This document shows, piece after piece, positions 56,311 to 64,000 of a DNA stretch of 64,000 nucleotides. The stretch comes from Ostreococcus lucimarinus (Eukaryota): assembly GCA_000092065.1 (NCBI GenBank), contig CP000581.1; one strand, 5' to 3'. A program made the translations under genes and the position numbers. Position 1 is the stretch's first letter; each line of letters begins with the position of its first letter. The notes below the pieces were generated by a model. That model ran no database searches and was not told the DNA's origin. It saw only the letters and a list, made by a program, of their open reading frames with translations.

Positions 56311-58518
56311 CTATGGCGCCGCGTCTCGTTTCGTCGCTCTCGCCTGTATGTTTTTCGTCAACTCGGCTTGAATCTCGATCAATTCGGCGTTCATGCGCGC
56401 AATGTGCTGTCTTCGCAGTTCTTCCGTTTCAAACGACCCCTTCATAGCCTTGCGGACGCTTTCAGGAGTGTTGTCTCGCACCAAAGGTACGATTGAATCT
56501 CCAATGGCGTCCTCTAAAGCTTCGTACGTCGGCTTCCAAGGCGCCGGCACGGCGTCGTCGAGGCGACTCTTGAACCGTCGGAGCTTGGGCATGAGCGGCG
56601 GCGCCGCCTCCTCGATATTCATCTTGATGGTCTCGAGTCGCTTTTTGAGTTGTTTCATTCGCTCCACTTCGTCAAGCGTCGCTTCAACGCGCATAATTTC
56701 CTGCTGAATCTTAGAGAGTCGGCTCGCTTTGTCCTCCTCGGTAGTCAAGAGCGCGACGTCGTCGGGCTTGCGTCGCACGAGAAGGCGCACGATGCGCTCT
56801 CGAACGCTCTTTCTCCCAGACTTGAGGTCGTTCTGCCTCGCCACATACCTGCGAACCGCACGTCGACGTTTCTGAGTACCTCCGCGCGCGCTCTGTAGCG
56901 CTCTCGTCAGTTCTTCCTCCTCCTGGCGCTTCTTCGCTAACGTTTGGATGTCCATCGGTCCGTCTGTGAGAATGGTGAATCGCCCCTTTGGAATCTCCTT
57001 GAAGTTCTTGTTTACCACGCGCTTTTCACGGTCCAACGCAGCGTACGCAGCGGCATCCAAAGTGCCTGAGTTGGAGATGGACGCACTCGCTCGCGCTGAC
57101 GCCCATTTCCGCTTCTCGTACGATACAACTCGCGTCGTCGGACCGGGCAAGCCGCTCTGTCGGCGGAGCGTGTTGCGCACTTGGCGACTCAGATTCCCCA
57201 CGGCCGGTCCGCCGCAAAAGTAAACCCATGGAATCCACGTGGGGATTCCAAGGATATCTGGATGAGAGTACGAATACAGATGACCGTAGTTGATCAACAC
57301 GATTTCCGCCACGGGCCCGCACACCGCGGTTAAACTAGCCATGAACAGTCCCTGCGCGCTGTTGTCGAAGAAATACCACGTCGTCACCGCCCATACGCAC
57401 AAAAATATATCAATCAAATGGTACGGCAGGAAACCATCCACGAAGGGCGATTGCGGCGACGCCAAAATTCCAGAGACGAGGTATTGAAACGCAAAGACGC
57501 TGATGCACAGATTGACGCTCACCCAGCTCGGCTGCCAACCCAAAGCGGGCTTGCCTTTTGCATTTTCAATCAACTCTGACGTCCTACTCACGATTTGTTC
57601 GGTGCCTTGGAGACCTTTTCGTATCTCAATCTCTCTCGCGCGCTTCACCGACGAGCGAATGCGAAATTCATCGAGACTTGTGTGCCCGAGACCGATGACG
57701 ATTGCCGCGGCGCCAAACAGCGGTGGCACCCACCACCCAGTCTCTAAAACACCATTTTCGTTCACAAACATGATTCGAAACAGGTCCTTCACCGGTTCGG
57801 GGGCTATGAAATTCATGATTGGACCGAACGGCGAGTTCCACAACGGTGCGAATAGGGCATCAAAATGAATTTGCAACGGCGTCGCGTAGTGCAACACGTC
57901 GAATCGCGAGTGTTGGTGGTCGAGTAAAGGCCCCAATATTGCCCCCGCCACGAACATCAACGCCACTTCGTTCGCGAACGCGACGCGCTCGCGCTCGACT
58001 TCTTCTTCCACGATCTCTGGCGTCATCGCCGGAGCGCGTCCCGTGACACCGGCCAACGCATTTCTCTTTCCGTCGTCGCCGTCGCCGCCGTTCGTCGACG
58101 TCGCCGTCCCGCTCGCCGGAGCACCTCCCGTCTTCACGACGCGCGACACCACGCGCGCGGCGTCTTGTCGACGCGATAACGCTTCCATCTCTTCCTCTCG
58201 CTTCGCGCGTTCTCTCGCGCGTCGCTCGCTCTTCGCATTCGTCGTCGACGACGCCGGCGTCGGCTCGGATGTCGCGCGCGCGACGACGCGCGCGCGGGCG
58301 TCGTCGCGCGCGCGACGTCGCGCGCGCGCGTCGGCCGGCGCCGAGACCGCGCGCGCGACGACGCCCGCGCGCATATTCGCTCGAACCCTCGCTCGCGGCG
58401 CGTCGCGTCGCGCACTCGCGTCGCGCGGCGCGCGCGCACCGACCAACGGCTGCGGACGCCCGCTCGGGGCGCGGAACGTTCGTCTCCGAAAGGGCGCATT
58501 GACGATGGCGAACGCCAC
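56311..58518 (-). CDS. INSIG-domain membrane protein with a plastid-type transit peptide and a long C-terminal coiled-coil / basic extension
   Basis: Transit-like 'MAFAIVNAPFRRRTFRAPSGRPQPLVGARAPRD'. INSIG-like 'TGWWVPPLFGAAAIVIGL' and 'YSYSHPDILGIPTWIPWVYFCGGPAVGNLSRQV' (compare human INSIG1 'SAWWVPPCCG', 'YQYTSPDF...IFFAGGITMGNIGRQL'). C-terminal 250 aa are helical and K/R/E-rich. Confidence 0.7.
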   Translation of the reverse strand: MAFAIVNAPFRRRTFRAPSGRPQPLVGARAPRDASARRDAPRARVRANMRAGVVARAVSAPADARARRRARDDARARVVARATSEPTPASSTTNAKSERRARERAKREEEMEALSRRQDAARVVSRVVKTGGAPASGTATSTNGGDGDDGKRNALAGVTGRAPAMTPEIVEEEVERERVAFANEVALMFVAGAILGPLLDHQHSRFDVLHYATPLQIHFDALFAPLWNSPFGPIMNFIAPEPVKDLFRIMFVNENGVLETGWWVPPLFGAAAIVIGLGHTSLDEFRIRSSVKRAREIEIRKGLQGTEQIVSRTSELIENAKGKPALGWQPSWVSVNLCISVFAFQYLVSGILASPQSPFVDGFLPYHLIDIFLCVWAVTTWYFFDNSAQGLFMASLTAVCGPVAEIVLINYGHLYSYSHPDILGIPTWIPWVYFCGGPAVGNLSRQVRNTLRRQSGLPGPTTRVVSYEKRKWASARASASISNSGTLDAAAYAALDREKRVVNKNFKEIPKGRFTILTDGPMDIQTLAKKRQEEEELTRALQSARGGTQKRRRAVRRYVARQNDLKSGRKSVRERIVRLLVRRKPDDVALLTTEEDKASRLSKIQQEIMRVEATLDEVERMKQLKKRLETIKMNIEEAAPPLMPKLRRFKSRLDDAVPAPWKPTYEALEDAIGDSIVPLVRDNTPESVRKAMKGSFETEELRRQHIARMNAELIEIQAELTKNIQARATKRDAAP

Positions 58519-58590
58519 GTCACGTCGCGCGCAACTTCACTCGCGCAGGTCAGGTGACACCGTCCGCGGCGCGTCCGCGGCGCGCGATCG

Positions 58591-58594
58591 ATGG

Positions 58595-58632
<38 letters not shown>

Positions 58633-61600
58633 TCGCCGCACGCGTTCTCCCCGCACGCCGCGGGCGGGGGGCTTTCGGAGGGCGATGGCGACGGCGCGAG
58701 GAAAAGTGGCGCGGCGTCGCGCGGGACCGCGCGAAAAGCGTACGAAGGCGCGAAACAGAGCGTGAAGAAGGCGTACGCGCGCGTGTACGACGACGAGCGG
58801 AGCTTGTTGTGCTTTAGCGACGCGTCCAGGGTGCGACAAATGTGCGCGAAAATCGCGCGAGCCACGAGCTTTCAGGTGTTCGTTTTCGCCGTAGTGGCGC
58901 TTAACGCCGCTGTGTTGGCGATGGAACTTCCCGAGCGCGCCTACGTCGCTCGAGGAGGCTCCGTACCGCTGACCGCGGACGGGTCGTGGGCGTTGCAAGT
59001 GGTTTTTGTCGTCGTCTTCGCGTTCGAAGCACTGGTGAAAGTTATAGCGAGTGGCTTCGCCATCGGATCGAAGGCGTACTTGACGGAGCGAAGCAATATT
59101 TTCGATTTCGTCGTGGTTGTGGTTGGGATCGTAGACTTGAGTAGCTCAGGCTCGAGCGGAGTCGGGACGCTGCGACTGTTGCGCACGATTCAGCCCCTTC
59201 GAGCGCTGAACAAATTCAAATCTGGAAGAATGGTTCTAGAGACGATTCGGAAATCGATTCCGCTCTTGCTCGACGTCGTGGTATTCATGTCGTGGTTCGT
59301 GATCGTTTGCACCGTAGTCGGTATGATGTCGTTCGGTGGTCGCTTGAACTCGCGAGAGTATTCGGGCGCCGGGTCGTCAAACGTCGCGGCGACGGCGATT
59401 TGTAGCACCCTCGTCGCCGACTACCCGACGTCGGCCGCGGCGAGCGCGGAAAGCCCAAATTATCCTTCAGATGAGCTGCTATGCCTGAATCGTAGAAAGA
59501 ATACGCTCGTCTCGAACGATACGTATTGCTGCGATTCCGGCGTGTCACCCGTCGACGGCTTCGTCAACTTTGACGATTTTGCCAAGGGTGCGTTTGTCGT
59601 TTTACAAATTATGACGGTCGATGGATGGAATGAGATCGCATGGCCTACCGCGCGGGCCGCTGGGACGGCGCCTGCGTTGATATTTTACTTCGTTGTCGTT
59701 CTCATCGGAGGTTTCTTTGTGCTTCAACTGTTCACGTCGGTCATTTGCGCGACGTTGAGTGACATCGAAGATGAAAGCGCCTCGATGGATTGCGAGACGC
59801 TCGGTGATGGCGCGACGGGCCTTTCACAAATGTTCGAATCAACGCGACCCTCGGTTTACTCGAAGTCATTCTTGAGCGGCGTTGGATCAACACTCTCGTC
59901 GTTCAGGTTGCCAGGTCAGGATGAAATTGATGGTTCCGAGGGCATGCAGAAGTGGCGACTCAAGGCACTCGCTCTCGTCGCTGACGTTCGATTCGAGTCT
60001 TTCGTGAACATCACCATTATACTGAACACATTTACGATGATGTCAGTGACTGCAGAACCGAATCCGTCGCTGGAGCTATTTAGAGAAAACGCCGAGTACT
60101 TCTTTTTCGCGGTGTTTTGCTCCGAGTTTGCGCTGAAACATTTTGCTGTCGGACCCGTAGCGTACTGGAAGACGACGTGGAATCGACTGGATGGCTTGGT
60201 CGTTCTCTCCGGTATAATTGATATGACACTATCAGCTATAAGCTCTGGATCTGGCGTGAACCTGTCCTTCCTTCGCATACTGCGCGTGTTGAGAGTTTTG
60301 CGCATTGCGCGCGTCTTTCGTAGGAGTACGAGCTTTCAGAAAATATTGCGTGCGGTCGTACTAGGAGCGCAGCGTATTTGGGTGTTTTTATTGGTATGGG
60401 CAATCTTCATGATTATGTTTGCGATCCTCGGTACGCAGCTCTTTTCTGCGAAAGGTGATTTGGACGATGAGAGATTGAATTTCAGAGACTTTTTTTCGTC
60501 CATCGTGACGCTCTTTGTGGTGAGCACGGGCGAGAACACGTTTGAAGTCGCTTGGGGCACTATGAAAGCTGACGGTGACGCGGCGGGACTTTACATGGTC
60601 GTTTGGTGCTTGATCACGACATCGATTTTGGCGCTCGTACTTGGAATTCTTATCGATTGTGTCACCGAAGAAGGTAAAGTTGCATCGATTATCACCATGA
60701 AAGTTCCGCGACGAGAGCGCTTTGCGCGGGAAATGGCTAAATCCATGGGGTTTGACGAAGACGACTTCCCTGAATGGGTTCATCTCAAAGCAAACGAGGC
60801 GTGGACAAAGCGCAATCAAGAGCGCTCGAGGGCGAAGAGCGCAACGGAAGCAGGTTTAGGTCTCGATGAAGACGAAGAGAAGACAGACAGCGACAGCGAC
60901 AGCGACGACGACGAAGTCGAAGGTGATGAAGTAGCGCTACATGTGTTTGGCGATCCGTTCGAGGCGAGGCGCTTGCGCAAAGAACGAATCGCTCAAATGC
61001 GACGCGTCCACGAAGTTGCGGTCGTGCGACATTGGCTCGTGACGCTAGGTTATGAGCATCACTCTGCGAAATCGCTCGAAGTCGCGAAGACGATGCGGCG
61101 GCGATCCGTGATAAAGGCTCGCGAGCGACTGGCCAAGTCGCACAAGGCGAACGAGTTGAAGCGTCGAGCAATTGTTGACAGCATCAGCGCCAAACTTTTG
61201 GATCGTGATGACGTCGATGCGAGTCGCTTAGTTCCACTCAGCGTCCGCTGCATCATGAAAAAGGACGAGGACTTACACGCAGACCTCAACTTGATCGACA
61301 TCAACGGCGACTTTATTCCGCATCATGCCCTCTTTCCCGACAACGACCCCGTAGCTGAGGCGGAATCGTTGGTGCATTACGTGCGAAATGATAACTTTCG
61401 TATAGCGATGTCATTTTACGGCATTGATGAATCCGACGAAAGAGACCAACTAAGACTCAAGGCGCTTCGCTTCGTGAAGCATCCTTGGTTTGACGTTGTC
61501 GTATTGCTCTTGATTGGTGCGAGTTCAGTATTGCTCGCCACGGAAACGAACTCGTTTCCAGCGGCTGACTCGAATATGGAACGGGTATACTTGATTCTCG

Positions 61601-64000
61601 ATATTTGTTTCAACACATGCTTCACCATCGAAATGTGTTTGAAACTGTTTGGGCTTGGGGCGTGGAGGTTTCACGGGTCGTACTTCAAGTCGAAGTTCAA
61701 CATCATGGATGCCGTTGTGGTCGTCACTTCGTGGTTGATTGTCTTGCTTGGCGACGCTCTGCCAATACGATCGTTACGCGTTGTGAGGGTTCTACGTCCT
61801 TTACGATCGGTTAAACGAATTAAGGGGTTGCGAGTCGTAGTCGAAGCCATCATGTCTTCACTGCCGGCGATTTCATCCGTGTGCGTGGTCGGCCTCGCGA
61901 TGCTCACGATGTTGTCAGTGCTGGGTATGGAGTTGTTTCTGGGCAAGATGCATCGTTGCACGAACACCGCGGTGACTGTTGCGAATAAAACGCAGTGCTT
62001 AGCGGCGGGGGGAGTTTGGCGAAAGGCAAAGTTTAACTTTGATTCCTTTCCGGAGGCTTTCCTCAGCGTGTTCATCATCGCTACCGGCGACAATTGGCAA
62101 GACCTCATGTACGAAGCGATGGATGTCGTCGGCGTAGATCAAGAACCTATCCGAGATAACGCCAAGTGGGCGTGCGTTTACTTTTTCGTATCGATTCTCT
62201 TTGGCTTCTTGCTCTGGGCAAATCTCTTTGTGTCGGCGCTCATCGACAATTTCAATCGTATCGCACACGACGAGAACGACGGCAAGCTGCTTGTCACCGA
62301 TGAGCAACGCGTGTGGCAGCAAGCAATGTTACTCGCCACGGTGCACGCTGACAACTCTTGGCGTAGATCATCACCGGAAACGCCCTGGAAAGCCGTCGTG
62401 CATGGCGTAGTGTCTAAGTATACCTTTGACGCGTTTTCCGTCTTTATGATCGTACTCAACATGGTCACGATGATGGCAATACGCGCGAACCCGTCGAAAT
62501 CTGAGGACGACTATCAAGTTTGGATGGGAAACACGTTAGCGATCTGGTACATGCTTGAGGCTTATCTTTTGATCGTCGCCATGAAGTGGAAAAATTACTG
62601 GCAGAGCGGTTGGAATAAGATCGATTTCATCGTGGCAGTTAGCGGTGTCGTCGGTCTACTCATCCCGGATGTTTACGAGAGTGGCGTTGGTGGAGCTTTC
62701 CGTATGCTGAGATTTTTGCGATTGTTTAAAATTGTTCAGGTGAGCAAAGGTCTGCGAACACTTTTCGCGACATTCTTGTCGGCGATTCCTGGAGTCGTCA
62801 ATGTCGCGCTTTTATCTCTGCTGTTCATGTACATCTATGCTTGCCTCGGTGTCGCACTCTTTGGCGACATGTCTTCAGATTACCTCGGCGCTGCACTTTC
62901 GGAGTACTCAAACTTTGTGACGTTCCCAAAAGCGATGGTGAGTCTTTTTGTGAGTTACACTGGAAATTGGCAAGGATACTTCACCGACATTTACGTCGAC
63001 GATCGCTGTTACGAAAACACATCGCTACCGGCTAATGTGACGTGCTCTCCCCGCTACGTGAGCATATTTTATTTCGTCACGTACGTCATCACGAGCGTCT
63101 TTTTCCTTGGGAACTTGTTCATCGCCATTATCCTTGAGCGATTTAGCTTTTGTGCCTCAGAAGAAGAAGGTGTGGGTGGCAGTGGCGAGAGCAACTTTCT
63201 TTACGCCACGATGACGTTGAAGCGTGTGGCGCGTCAAATTTCTCGTAGCGTACGCGAGGCGACCAAGCTCGCGCCGAGCGAACGGCAAGATGCATATGTT
63301 GAGAAGCGTCGGGCGCGTTCGAAGGCAGGCAGCGGCACTGCGACGCCGAGCACGCCGCATTTGAGCAAGAACAATAGCATTCAGCGCGCGAGCACGGCGA
63401 GCACTACGCCGGCGTCTGCATCGCCGCATGGCGATTTCGATCCGTTCGATGATCCAACCGATGAAGTCATCGATACTGTGCGATCCAACCTTGAAGAAAT
63501 TCGCGCTAAAACGCAGTCTCCGATCGCAGTCGAAGACGATCTCGACTTTGAAGACGTCAAGTCTGCGCTGAGAGACGCGTTGCCAACCCAAGACGCGGCG
63601 TCTCTTTTGGCGGCGGCGAACGCCGTTGATCGACTCGTGCGTTCGCGCAGTCGCTCTCGAAGCGTTAGTCGGGGACGCACAAGGGTATCATCTGCAGGTG
63701 ATATGGCTTTTGAAGATGTGAACCGAAGCGACGACGATGATGGCACCCTCGAGATGATTCGCGCGACGAGCTCGACGCCGACGCCGACGCGAGGTCGTAG
63801 TGTTGCGCGAGTGCATAGTCAGCGGTCGCGAGTGGAAAGCGCTACAGCGCGTATGAAGATGGCGACATCGGCTGGATCGTCGCGGCATGGCTCGAGCGAT
63901 GAGGAGTCCGACGAAGCGCCGCGCGCTTACGGAAACGGCTCACGCGCGTACGAACGCGAGTTCGAAGCGTCTTCAGACGACGAAAGCTTAGATTACTCGC
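58591..64000 (+). CDS. Four-domain voltage-gated cation channel (Cav/Nav superfamily). It is 3'-partial: a single uninterrupted reading frame runs from the ATG near 58591 to the window edge. It is not listed in the ORF track because it has no stop in the window.
   Basis: Four 6-TM repeats with Arg-periodic S4s ('LRLLRTIQPLRAL', 'FLRILRVLRVLRIARVFRR', 'LRVVRVLRPLRSVKRIKGLR', 'FRMLRFLRLFKIVQVSKGLR'). Pore loops 'TVDGW', 'TGENT', 'TGDNW', 'YTGNW'. N-terminal (PS)n. Long II-III linker and C-terminal tail. Confidence 0.9.

Overview
The window is compact, GC-rich (~65 %) nuclear DNA of a photosynthetic unicellular eukaryote. It is not prokaryotic: it carries a canonical histone H4, an intron-split nuclear petC with a plastid transit peptide, and several other plastid-targeted proteins (MenB, FatA-type acyl-ACP thioesterase, CRY-DASH, a ycf45-like ATPase). 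Gene density and near-absence of introns fit a Mamiellophyceae-type green alga such as Micromonas; that identification is an inference.

About 40 protein-coding genes are packed roughly one per 1.5 kb on both strands. Only one intron is clearly supported. Recognisable products, in order:
- SMC5 (5'-truncated at the window edge), a HAD hydrolase, histone H4, and a Cys-rich two-TM membrane protein.
- A Canopy/saposin-like secreted protein, an F-box/RCC1 protein, PurH/ATIC, a BspA/DUF285 surface protein, an LSM12-like protein, WDR4/Trm82 and MenB.
- A peptidoglycan-binding-domain protein, a class-3 lipase, a beta-PGM-like HAD, CRY-DASH and a divergent class-V PLP enzyme with a transit peptide.
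- A UAA/SLC35B transporter, YaaA, a type-II thioesterase, NSRP1 and a myristoylated EF-hand sensor.
- PetC in two exons, an atypical ARL GTPase, FatA, and a secreted receptor-L/fasciclin/somatomedin-B protein.
- A ycf45-like R3H AAA ATPase, a TPT/DMT transporter, a 2OG-oxygenase-Nudix fusion, archease and a PLD-type HKD phospholipase.
- An INSIG-domain protein with a transit peptide, and a large four-domain voltage-gated cation channel running off the 3' edge.

The most notable observations are:
- the channel's unusual D/E/D/(N) pore filter;
- a near-identical inverted copy of the channel's C-terminal coding end 12.7 kb upstream;
- an inverted copy of H4's own 3' end flanking the H4 promoter;
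- the INSIG-like and 2OG-Nudix architectures;
- three head-to-head gene pairs whose ATGs abut or overlap in a CATG;
- an MCB-like ACGCGT triple repeat upstream of the ARL gene.

Many long R/A/S-rich ORFs in the six-frame track are GC-composition artefacts and are not reported as genes. The track uses GTG/TTG starts, so several true ATGs lie downstream of the listed ORF starts. Coordinates I refined by hand are approximate (±3 nt).
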